Below, piece after piece: positions 11,969 through 22,860 of a DNA stretch of 33,165 nt (position 1 is its first letter; each line of letters opens with the position of its first letter). The DNA is taken from NCBI GenBank assembly GCA_000697335.1, contig JNEM01010838.1, positions 1-33,165 on the forward strand, given 5' to 3'. This stretch comes from Conidiobolus incongruus B7586. Lineage: Eukaryota. The translations under genes and the position numbers were made by a program. The notes below the pieces were generated by a model that searched no databases, was not told the DNA's origin, and worked only from the letters and a program-made list of their open reading frames with translations.

Positions 11969-13402
11969 ATGCTAAATTTCAAACGCTCTTTAGTGGCTTT
12001 AGCTTTTTGCTCTTCTTTTGTGTATGGAGCAGGTGAGCATGGTCGAGTTTTGATGGGTTATTTCAGTACCCAGAACCAAACACCAGTTGAAGGAAGAATT
12101 AATGTTGACGAAATGTCAACGCAACTTACGCATGTACTTTTTGCATTTGCTGAAATTGACCCCAAGTCAGGTACTTGCATTGTTATAGATGAAGAATTGG
12201 ATATTAAAGATACATCGTCCCCACTTTTGGGATCCGAACTTAAGCCAAATACCACTACATGTGCAGCTGATCAACAGGCTAAAGGCAATTTGGGAGCTTT
12301 ATTTGCATTTAAAAAGAAGAATCCTCATGTCCAAATACTTTTATCAGTAGGTGGAGCCAGTCCTGAAAGAACAAAAGCATTTGCTGACACAACTTCTACC
12401 TCTGCAGGCATCGAAAAGCTATCCAAATCATGTATCAAATTGGCTCTTGACTATGGTATGGATGGTATTGACTGGGATTGGGAAACTCCTGATGGATCAA
12501 ATCAATGGGCCAATTATCTCAATTTAGCCGCTACAACGCGTCAACAATTCAACGAGTACAAAGATAATAAGAGTTATCTTCAAACCATTGCTATTTTGCC
12601 ATCTGTCTTCTCCAGTTCAACTGGAGAAGGAGCTGCTTCAGATGTAACCAGTCTCAAGAAAATGGCTGATCACTTAGATTATATCAATTTAATGACTTAT
12701 GACAGCTCCCCTGGCTCAGATCGTGCTCTTCACGATTCTCCATTATTCGCCGCTCCAGACTCCTGGGGTGCCAATAGCATTAATGACACTGTTACACGTG
12801 CTTTAACCATGATTCCAGCTAATAAGCTTGTCGTGGGAAGTCCTCTCTATGGTAGACAATCAGTAGTAATTCCCTTCACCAGAGAATCTGACAAATCATC
12901 TAATCAAGGATTATTCCACAATCTCGTCAAAGATGAAAAAAATCAAGGACAAGCCCTTTGGTATAACGAAATCAGAGATAGCTATCTCAATAATAACAAC
13001 TATGTCAGATATTGGGACGATTCATCTAAAGCACCTTATTTATTTGATAGCTCAACTAACACATTCATTACTTATACTGATCAAGAGTCGCTATCAGCTG
13101 TTGCACAGTATATCAAAGACAAAAATCTTGCTGGCATCTTCTTCTGGCATTTAGGAGGTTCATATAATCGTAAGACTAAACAAGAGGAATTAGTAGACTT
13201 TGTCGCAAGTAAGCTTGATAAGGTTGATACAAGAAAGCGACATGTATGTGCACCCAGATCACCTTTCTGTAACATTTACTCTACATGCCCAGCATCTGCC
13301 AACGGGGACAATGTAATTGGTGGCAGTAACCTCTCACATACCTTCAGCCCAATTATCTTAACTCTCCTAATTGCTACAACAACTTACTTAATTATGTTCT
13401 AA
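11969..13402 (+). CDS. Glycoside hydrolase family 18 chitinase; signal peptide, probable GPI-type C-terminal hydrophobic tail; intronless
   Basis: 477-aa ORF. Intact catalytic motif DGIDWDWE (DxxDxDxE, 12461-12484), plus LTHVLFAF, LLSVGG, YINLMTYD, KLVVGSPLYGR, WDDSSKAPY and GIFFW. Hydrophobic N-terminus and terminal 'PIILTLLIATTTYLIMF'. Confidence 0.96.
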   Translation: MLNFKRSLVALAFCSSFVYGAGEHGRVLMGYFSTQNQTPVEGRINVDEMSTQLTHVLFAFAEIDPKSGTCIVIDEELDIKDTSSPLLGSELKPNTTTCAADQQAKGNLGALFAFKKKNPHVQILLSVGGASPERTKAFADTTSTSAGIEKLSKSCIKLALDYGMDGIDWDWETPDGSNQWANYLNLAATTRQQFNEYKDNKSYLQTIAILPSVFSSSTGEGAASDVTSLKKMADHLDYINLMTYDSSPGSDRALHDSPLFAAPDSWGANSINDTVTRALTMIPANKLVVGSPLYGRQSVVIPFTRESDKSSNQGLFHNLVKDEKNQGQALWYNEIRDSYLNNNNYVRYWDDSSKAPYLFDSSTNTFITYTDQESLSAVAQYIKDKNLAGIFFWHLGGSYNRKTKQEELVDFVASKLDKVDTRKRHVCAPRSPFCNIYSTCPASANGDNVIGGSNLSHTFSPIILTLLIATTTYLIMF

Positions 13403-14074
13403 TCATATCATACCAACAGTTTTAATACTAATAAATTAATCAAGTTTTATAAGTATATATCTTGAATCAAATCTTACTATTAAACATCACTATCTGTTTC
13501 AAATCTTTAAATTATTATATATTTTTTTTTCAAAATTATATTATTCTAACAATTGTTTTTTTATTTTTATTTTTGAATATATTATTATTAACAAATATAT
13601 ACATATTACTTTTTAATTTAAATGAAAAAAAAAGAATATTTATTTTATTATTATTTATTTCAATATTTTATTTTTTTTAATTTAAATGTTATAATTTATT
13701 AATACTAATTAAAAAGATAAATAATATCGAAGTTTACTATATATGGAATGTTTCAAATACAACAGTTTTTTGAATTTAGACTAATGCAGTATTTTAAAAT
13801 GTATCAAATAATTTGCTAATTCATATGTAGATATTTTGTTTTAATCAAATAACCATTATATCATTTTGTGAGTAACTTATTTTTTCATGGTATTAATCTA
13901 AATATAAATTATTTCATCGTTTTATATTTTAGGCTGATGATTTTAAGACGTATGGACCTATTCGAAATTAAAACTCATATTTAATCATTTAAAAAATAAT
14001 TCCAACTTTGAAAAATATAAATTTGCATTTTTTATTTAAGAAAATATTTCAAATTTAATATTTAAAATTAATTT

Positions 14075-14077
<3 letters not shown>

Positions 14078-14104
<27 letters not shown>
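14078..14104. repeat. (TA)13 microsatellite
   Basis: Perfect TA dinucleotide run seen directly. Confidence 0.9.
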
Positions 14105-14106
<2 letters not shown>

Positions 14107-15202
14107 TTTATTTTAATAAATTATCATTTATTTTATAAATAATTGATAAGCAATTATATGATTTGAATAAATCAAAATATGTCTTTTGGATTTTAGGAAA
14201 AATTTGGATTAGTGTTTCTGATAATTAATAATTTATGTATATTAACATATGCTGCTAGGTTGATTTATATTAATAACTAATAAAATATTATCATTACGAA
14301 ACACTGTTTACAATTATATTGATACACTTAGTTGTTATAATTATAACTCTAAAACAATATAATATCAATATATTTCAATAACTGGAAGATAATATTCAAG
14401 CAAATTTAACGATCTCATAAATCATATAAAGGAATTATATGATTTTTGTTAATTATATTTGTTATATCGTTTAGATGATTTAATGATCAGTATATGAATC
14501 AAATTATTAAAAATCAATTTTTAATAGACGTAAAAATTTCTTAATTAAATTTATTACACTTAATACCGGAAAATTTATGCTTTTGTGTTTTATATCCTAA
14601 ATTAACTATGATATTATTTAAATAAGTTATTAATATTTAATATAAATATGTATTTATTGGCATTGTTTTCATATAAATATGATTCAGTTGTCGCGAGTGG
14701 TTAAATATTATGATTAATTTGATTTTATTGTCATACTATTCAACCGTATCATAAGATATTTGTCTTATAAGTCATACAAAGTGATTAGATATAAATTATT
14801 TTTGATGGATTTATAACACAAAGACTGAAATGACTATTCTTATTTTATCATTTTTTAAGATGGCATAGTCGTTTGATCATTTGTATACATAAGATAATAT
14901 GAATAAGGGAATATCAGGATTAAAACTATTAAAATATTATAATTGATTCAATCAATTTGACAAGATTTCTAAAATTAATTATCTTTGATAAATGACTGAA
15001 TTTTAATTACTTTATAATTAAACAAAAATGTGATGATTGGATAATTTAAAGAAGTTTTAGCATTTCCTAATTAATGACATCACTAGTATAAATACGATAT
15101 TTATAAAAAAAAAGTCCTCAAATTTTTTTTCAACTTATCAAATTAAATTAAATACTATATTGTATAAAAACTACAGTTAATAATTTTTGATATATTTTAA
15201 TA

Positions 15203-16235
15203 ATGAAAAGATTAATTCAAAACCAATTATTAACCAAATCTTTTAACCCTACAATAAAAAGTCATTTCATACGTCCCTTTTTCACAAAGTTCACTTCTTT
15301 GGAAGGTACTGGCGAAAAAGCAAAGAGCTTCGTTCAATCCATTTTGCACGGTGCTCCAGAAGTAGTCCAAGAGTTTGAAAAGGATACCTTTTCCAAGCTT
15401 TTGGCTAGGGGAAAAGCTATTAACGAAGTTCAATGTAAGAATATTTTAAATTTTGTAATCCATTTTATCAATTGACTGTTATTTTAGTTCATAACGTCAA
15501 ACCCGAAAGTATTGCTGAATATCTCAAACTAGTGTAAATATTATATTTTTTCAATTTTACTTTATACAAGAATTAATTTTTTTTCACTAGCGAAGAATAT
15601 TATCCAAAATTTTCTTCTCATTTCGGAGAAGACGGTTTGAAATTAAGAGGGAGTTGGTTATCTGAGGTGGGTGAGTTAGATAAAGCTGGTAATTTTTGAT
15701 TTATAAACCGTTTTAGCAATTATACACTAACTTTTCATATAATAATATAGTTCATATTTGGGAATATCAAGGTTATGCATCTTATGATGCTATTATGGCA
15801 AAGAAACGTAATGATAAATTTTGGCAAGAGTTTGAATCTAAGTTGAGACCTCTATTAATCAAACGTGAGAATCAAATCTGTTTAGAATTCGCTTTCTGGG
15901 CTACTTCTAAACCTAAATTTGACGGTGGCGTTTACGAATTAAGAACTTATCTCTTGAAACCTGGTAGACTGTTGGAATGGGAACAAAACTGGAAATTAGG
16001 ACTTGAATGTCGTCGTCAATTCTGTGAACCTGTTGGCGCATGGTTCTCCCAACTTGGTGACTTGAATTACGTACACCATATGTGGCATTATCCAGACCTT
16101 AACGATCGTAAAATTACAAGAGAAGCTGCTTGGCAAGTGGATGGCTGGGCTCAAACCGTGTACAATACAGTTCGATTGGTTGAAACTATGAACGCTACAA
16201 TTCTCACTCCTTTGAAATTTAGTCCATTAAAATAA
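15203..16235 (+). CDS. NIPSNAP: NIPSNAP family protein, probably mitochondrial; 4 exons (15203-15434, 15488-15533, 15591-15688, 15751-16235)
   Basis: GT-AG introns keep the frame. Two NIPSNAP repeats: 'EVQFHNVKPE...GSWLSEVGELDKAVHIWEYQGY' and 'YELRTYLLKPG...VGAWFSQLGDLNYVHHMWHYPDLNDRKITREAAW...PLKFSPLK'. Basic N-terminus lacking acidic residues. Confidence 0.95.
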
Positions 16236-16930
16236 TTTGATTTCATTATTATAGGATCTCGATATTAACGTCCAACTTTTGAAATGTTTTATAAAATGTA
16301 CTTGCCTTATCTTTCCAATTTTTCAATTTGTTTATACTGATAATTTATTATTGTAATTGTATTATTATTTTTTAGTATTCTTATTCAGATATTTGTAATA
16401 ACTTTGTTGAATATTTTGATAAAATAATAGTGATTTCTATTCAATGATCTAGTGATTTATTCAGATTTAAGATGAATATTGACAATTATAAAACTATTGG
16501 AATGATCGAGGTTTACAAAAGAATTTAATACTAACTCCATATGTGATTTAACTTAAAAATAAATCTACCCATTAACTATCCATTTCATCAGACAGATCAT
16601 TCTAGCATGAATTATATTTTAAATAATTTGATAGTAAGATATAAGAGTTGCATAGCAATATAGTTTATTCTACCATTAATGGTGGAGTCAACAATTTTAT
16701 AAATTAATTTTGAATTATTGATGGCTTAATTAAATTGAATATTAAAAATTATCAACCTCAAAAATCCGAATAAACATATTTAAAATTAATTAATATTTAA
16801 TTTAACCAATATTTAGAATTTAATAATATTGACACTAGTTGGAAAGTCAGGTGACTAATAATTTTAAGTAAAATAATCGTCTTCTGGGATGGCGCCTTTT
16901 AGATGATATAAAGGATATAATCTATTGTTT

Positions 16931-17165
16931 AACCTAGGTTGTAGGGCAGTACCTTATGAAGAGGACCGACGTGACCACTTGGTTGTATTCGGAATAATTA
17001 TAGCTGATTGACGTGTCTTCTTGGCTTTCGGGTAACACGTTGGATGGAATGATTGATTCCGTAGCTCGGGTGTAATTGTTGATCAGGTTGTAGGTGGATC
17101 TGTGTCGGGGATTATGAGATGTTCGAATTGTGAGGGTCGAACGGGTCTTGCGGCCCGTGACAATA
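16931..17165 (+). ncRNA. Candidate structured non-coding RNA, family not recognised
   Basis: GC-rich, G/U-skewed island in ~80% AT flanks with multiple nested helices, many using G-U pairs on the + strand (see findings). No ATG-initiated ORF of meaningful length. Confidence 0.5.
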
Positions 17166-18354
17166 TGATATTATCCTCATTTTATCATCCTATCTTTCAA
17201 CCAAATCTTATTACTTTATATTTTCCAACTATTGATTTTCATTATATTTTTGTTATCAAACGTTAGCAAAGTTTTTTTAGTTAGTTAATATATTTTCAAT
17301 CCTATCAAAAATCAAACCAGAAAGCTCAGAATTTATGAAACCATCTATTAAATATTAGAATATATTTGCACTTAAAATATACCAATCTTTAGGCTAAAAT
17401 ATATTACTTAAAAATTCAGTTTTTCACCTTATTTAATCGATTCAAACTATATTTGTAAGATTATTAAATTTTAATATTTACTAAATCTAATTGTTATCAT
17501 CATCAAAATAGTAATATTTTATACTAAATTTTTTTCAACTAAAGGTTAGGATATCTAATAAATATGATTATTTTAATAATTCTGAAATAGTAACTATCCC
17601 TTTTAGTATAATCTAAAATTTTTTTAATTTTATACATATTTTCAAATATATTATATTCACTTTAATTGATTGAAAATTTAAATTTTTATTTTGGTGATCA
17701 TATTAAAAATTTTATACCTCATTAAATGTATGATATATATAGTTTCTAATGCATTATGTAATATTATACATTAATATATTCAAATAATTTTTCATTTTAA
17801 AAATCTAGATTTATATTATGACATATCAAAAAGATAAACCAAGTTTTAAAAATCAATATCTAATTTCAGTATCAATTCAATTCAATTTCAATTTCTAATT
17901 CTTTACCAAATTTTACTATATCAATTCCAATGAATATGTAATAATAATTCATTTTAGTCCCATCAATTTTGTAACAATGATCTGGTTATTAAAACTAGTT
18001 GAATCAAGCCCTAAAAACAAAAGTATCAAATATATCGAAGAATCAACTTAACCCTTTGAAACAAAGATCTCTAAACTCAATTTAGTCAAGTTTTCCAACT
18101 TTGAAAATTCAATTCAATCAATTTGAAACTTTTAAATTAATTTCTTTGAGTTCAAGAGGGAATAACAAAATTCATGCGGAACTCAATTTGTTTTGATTGG
18201 AACCTTTTCATTTGGTCAATTTAAGTTAATTTCAATTCCATAAATCCCATTATTCCATTGTGCTTTATTAGGGATTTCATATATAAAGGAAAAAGACACC
18301 AATTTTTAATTGAGTTTAATTCATTGTTTTGGTGTTTAATATATTGAAAGTCAG

Positions 18355-18768
18355 ATGGCTAGTGATATTACAAATGATATGATTTTAGGTACTGCCGAGT
18401 TTCAAATGGATACAACGGCCATTTCACCATCGAGCTATGCTATCCCTATCAATATTACCGATCATCCATTGTGTCAATGTCCTGAACCAAGAAACTTGAA
18501 GGATATACACAATACAGGATGTCATGAAATGCCCAAATTTGGCGAAATTGAACCACCTATCCACGGCGCTAAAGCTGCCAAAAGTCAGGGTAAATCTACC
18601 AAAGTCACGGGAACTTGGAAGCGTATGAAGGGAGGTGTCAAAATCGCTATTGGCAAAATATTAAATAATGACAGTATTAAAATGAAGGGCAAAAAGGATA
18701 AAAAGATGGGTATTGATCATCTCAACTCGGCCCAGGGAGAAAGGTATTATGAATATATTAGTCAATAA
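18355..18768 (+). CDS. Small protein with a CsbD/YjbJ-like (fungal Hmp1-like) motif; intronless
   Basis: 137-aa ORF in a GC-richer island, TATATAAA at ~18280. 'KVTGTWKRMKGGVKIAIGKILNNDSIKMKGKKDKKMG' follows the CsbD pattern G-x-W-K-x-x-K-G-x-V-K-x-x-x-G-K-x-x-x-x-D-x-x-x-x-x-G. Confidence 0.75.
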   Translation: MASDITNDMILGTAEFQMDTTAISPSSYAIPINITDHPLCQCPEPRNLKDIHNTGCHEMPKFGEIEPPIHGAKAAKSQGKSTKVTGTWKRMKGGVKIAIGKILNNDSIKMKGKKDKKMGIDHLNSAQGERYYEYISQ

Positions 18769-21031
18769 TCTCAATAAGTCGATATTACTATTCCATATTT
18801 TGAGTCATATTTAGAATTCTTTAATCGTTTATTGTTAATTTTTAATATATTGGTGTTGTATAATGTAAAATAAACTAGAGTAATTAAAAAAATTCTCACA
18901 ATTTCAAGGTTTAAGATTTTGGATTGATATTTGTTAATTTGATTATGGAGTTAATATTTCGACATGGCTTGAAGTTGGGACAAAACAATGTACGTGTCTT
19001 AAATTTTACTCTATTTACTATTTATTTCGGAGATTATTAATTGATAATTTTTCAAAGTGATTTACAGTTTATTATATTTTACTTATAATAATCATATTGA
19101 ACAACTTGATTTTTATCGAGCTGTCATTTTTGCGCTCAACTTAGATATTAATTCATGAATTGCTTGATTAATTAATATTATACTATGGCTAATGATATGA
19201 TGAATTTAGCGTATTAGGAGATCCGCTCGCCATTCAATTTAAACCATCCGTCATTATTCCGAATGTAATCCACAGACAAGTACCTTACAATTTATGCATT
19301 TTGTGAAATTCCGGACAAAAAATAATCGGTGTTTCAACATATTGGCAAAAGGATGATAATATTATAAAATTAGCAGTGTGCACATATTTACTCGGAGATT
19401 ATCTCGACCAGAGCCAAGCCCTACATCTTGATAGTTTGATAAAATCCTTTAAAGTATCTCGATAGCTACCCTTGGCCCGTTTTATCCAATTTACTTGATT
19501 TTTATTGCAAGGCTACTCTCCAGTAGACTTGATATGTATTTAAAATGGAGAGCAAACTGGCATAATCTCTATACTTCGTCAATCAATTAGACACTCTCAA
19601 AGATCACGATATTATGTTGAAATATAATAATAAGATAGTATTATTATTTATAATTTAATCAAAAATTTTTTATTGAAATAATTTCAAAATTTATCATACT
19701 CATATTTGCTTTTATTTTATTCAATTGATTATGATTTTTATACAAGTATTTTAGTAAATTAATAGCCAATTATATTGTAATTAAAGTGAATTTATGTATA
19801 TTTTTAATTTCCTTACATAAAAAGAAATTTTCTAAAAAAATTTTTTCTGATACTATATTTATCAATCCGGTATTCCTTTTTAAATTTAGATGAAATTTAT
19901 AATATGCAATTCAAAGAATATTATTGAAGGCTATAATAAAAAATTACTTATCAATGAAAAAAATCATTAAGCTAAGTTTATAATCTTCGAACAATAGATA
20001 ATAACGATTTGAATATCCAATATAACTTAACTGAATTTAAGTCCAATTGTCTATTGGATTCATATAATAGCTCAGTTGAACATACACTTCTAATGAATGA
20101 ATGCTAAATAATAACAGTTCTAAAGCTTAAATATAAATAAAATATATTCAATCCATATTATAAATTGGTCTTTCAATATTCCTCAATATGTTTTCGATTA
20201 TTTTATTATTTTATATAAAAGTTGATTAAATTGGTTAATGTAATCGTTGATCTTTTATTAAAGATTTATCATAGTAAATTTTCTATTAAATATTGTCAAA
20301 TAATGATTTTGAATAATAATAAGAGGTTGGCTATATTCATTCAAATTTGATTCATCCTACAAGCTTTTATTACTAAAAAGAATATTACTTTTTTAATAAA
20401 TTGGTTGAAATTTTTAATATTTTCTAATAATATAATATTTAATATTGAATTGTTACAAATATATTTTGAAATAATATTGGAATTAAATTGTACAATGACG
20501 ATCTTTCGATTTATTACTGTATATTATATTTTTTTTCATCAAATGGCTAATATAAAATCTGAATTTGGTCATGATCAGTCGCAAATTGAACAAATTAAAT
20601 CAAGTTGATATACCTTAAATTAATCATACTATTTGTATTATTTATGAATACTCAGACTCAATTGAATTTTATCATTTATCAACACCCAACACTCACATCA
20701 TTAATTATCTTATCAATAAATAAATTGCACCTTCTTTTTGTTATTGACAAATAATTAAATCTTCTTTAATTCGGAAAATATATGTGAATTTAGATATAAC
20801 TGATATTTAGATCATACAATAAAATCACCTCAATTTTTATATATAATTGATTACTAATTATCAATTCATTTAAATCCAAATTAATCTAATTAACCAAATT
20901 TAAAATCATCTCGAATCCCGATATTTTATAATCATCAATCAGCACCACTAAAAAATAAAAGTTATTCCAAATGTAGGGAATTATCACAAGTTAATCAATC
21001 GCCAAATTAATAATTCCACCTTGAATTATAA

Positions 21032-22828
21032 ATGCTTAGAACGTCACTTATTAAAACACTTAACAGAAGTTCTTTACAGTTGTCAAAGAGATTAAAGATC
21101 ATGAAAGTAAATAGTTTGAATACTTTTAAATTGAGTTATCAATCACCAGCTAGAATTAATAATAATATTACTTTTACTGGAAATCCATTAAATAGGTTAT
21201 TGATATAACTAAATCCAAATTCAATTAAAATTAATATAAGATATAGAATTAGCGATTGGCGCGATAATGAACTTTTCTTAAATGCCCTATTGAATGGAGG
21301 AAATTCCAATTTTGCAATATTTACTACTCGTAAGGCGCTATTCTCGAGTGAAACTAAGAGTGTTGCTTGGTTTAGTAGAGACCAAGTCACCAATTTAATC
21401 CCTGCGAATTATGAGTACAATCTCAAATTTACTATCCCTCTCGAACTCAAAGGTATTACAGTAGCTCTATTGGGTATTCCAACATCCGAAGAAGTGCCAA
21501 AAGGCGATTCCGTATCGTTTTGGGCAATTCACTTAACCGATCAGTGGTTGGAATCCGAAGCTGGTCAACAATTTGATAAAGGTAACTCCTATTCAAACAA
21601 TTAATAGACTAATATTAATTATATTCAATAGAAATTAATGAAAATAAATTAAGATGGATGTATTTGAGACCTACAGCTTTTAGTTTACAATTTATGGAAG
21701 CTTCAATCGTCAGTTTAGCAGCTTCAATAGTATGTAACAAATTATCTAATTCAAAAACAATTGTATTAATCATGATATAGATTGATTGGAATCAAAAACA
21801 CAAATACTGTCCATGCTGCGGTAGTCGTACAGGTAACACTGACTTAATAATATTATAGCATCAATATATTAACAGGATTAATATTAAGTCATGGGAGAAT
21901 CTGGGTACAAAAGAATATGTGGATCAACCCTAGAAGCTGAATTGATACCTAAAGATGTTAATTTTATAGTCAACAATGAAGAAGAGTGCCAATCCAAAGC
22001 TAGTGTTACGAATTTTTCTTATCCAAGAACTGGTAAATTTCAATTTTAACAATGATATATATATAGTTGTAATCATTGGAAATAGATCCAGTAGCTATTT
22101 TCTGCATTGTTTCAGAAGATGGTAATGAAATTCTATTGGGTAAGAAGGGAGCTTACTTGGGCGGAATGTACTCATGTTTAGCTGGATTTATCGAGCCTGG
22201 AGAATCCTTGGAGGTAAATAAATTCACTATCTTTATTAATTCATAATTAACTTTGATTTAGGAAGCTGTTCAGCGAGAGGCCTTCGAAGAATCCGGCATT
22301 CAAGTGAAAGATGTATTTTATTACACCAGCCAACCTTGGGTAATATTTCATCAATTTTAATAATTAGAATTTATATTGACTATTCGACAGCCTTTTCCCA
22401 ATAATTTAATGTTGGGGTGTTATGCTACAGCTATGAATAAAAATATTAAAATTGATGAAAAGGTAATTAAATTAAAAAATATTGATAACTATAATATATT
22501 AAATAATGTATGATTTTAGGAATTATCCGGTAAAAATTATTTCCCAATACTCTAATCAAAAAATCACCTTTCTAACCTCAATTTAGATGCTAAATGGTTC
22601 ACCAAAGCCCAATTACAACAGTGTTTGAAAGAGAATGCAGACAACTGGAAGAAGATTGCCAAACTAATGAAAGGAGCTGGAAATCCCGAAATTCCAGAAT
22701 TCGAACTTCTCATCCCCGACAAATACGCTATTGCACACCATTTAATAGCTAATTGGGCTAATGCTAAAGATTTAAATCATCTTTTTAATCCTTTGATTAA
22801 TAATAATGGACCAAATGCTCAGTTATAA
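21032..22828 (+). CDS. NPY1: NADH pyrophosphatase (NudC/NPY1/NUDT12-type Nudix hydrolase); 10 exons
   Basis: Exons 21032-21195, 21247-21581, 21632-21729, 21781-21832, 21889-22032, 22086-22213, 22262-22339, 22391-22462, 22520-22529, 22587-22828. Motifs FTGNPLNR, DWNQKHKYCPCCG (Zn ribbon), YPRTDP, Nudix box GFIEPGESLEEAVQREAFEESG, SQPWPFP, ELSDAKWF, AIAHHLI. Confidence 0.95.
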
Positions 22829-22860
22829 TTATTTAAATTTTTATAATAATAAATTTTAAT

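Noticed and set aside
12058..13275. Short ORFs 12058-12255 (-), 12933-13154 (+), 13081-13275 (-)
   Set aside because: Alternative-frame or antisense shadows within the chitinase CDS.
13462..13680. 72-aa hydrophobic ORF
   Set aside because: Artefact of T-rich 3' flank; non-ATG start.
14684..14705. 'GTTGTCGCGAGTGGTTAA' resembling a tRNA D-arm/A-box
   Set aside because: No anticodon arm, T-arm (GTTC) or acceptor stem follows.
15230..15433. 67-aa minus-strand ORF
   Set aside because: Antisense to NIPSNAP exon 1.
16838..16856. 'GGAAAGTCAGGTG' resembling RNase P/MRP conserved region I
   Set aside because: No convincing CR-V partner or intervening CR-II to CR-IV motifs.
20405..20608. 67-aa ORF
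   Set aside because: Non-ATG start, AT-rich low complexity, no motif.
21139..21393. 84-aa minus-strand ORF
   Set aside because: Antisense to NPY1 exons 1-2 and the intervening intron.
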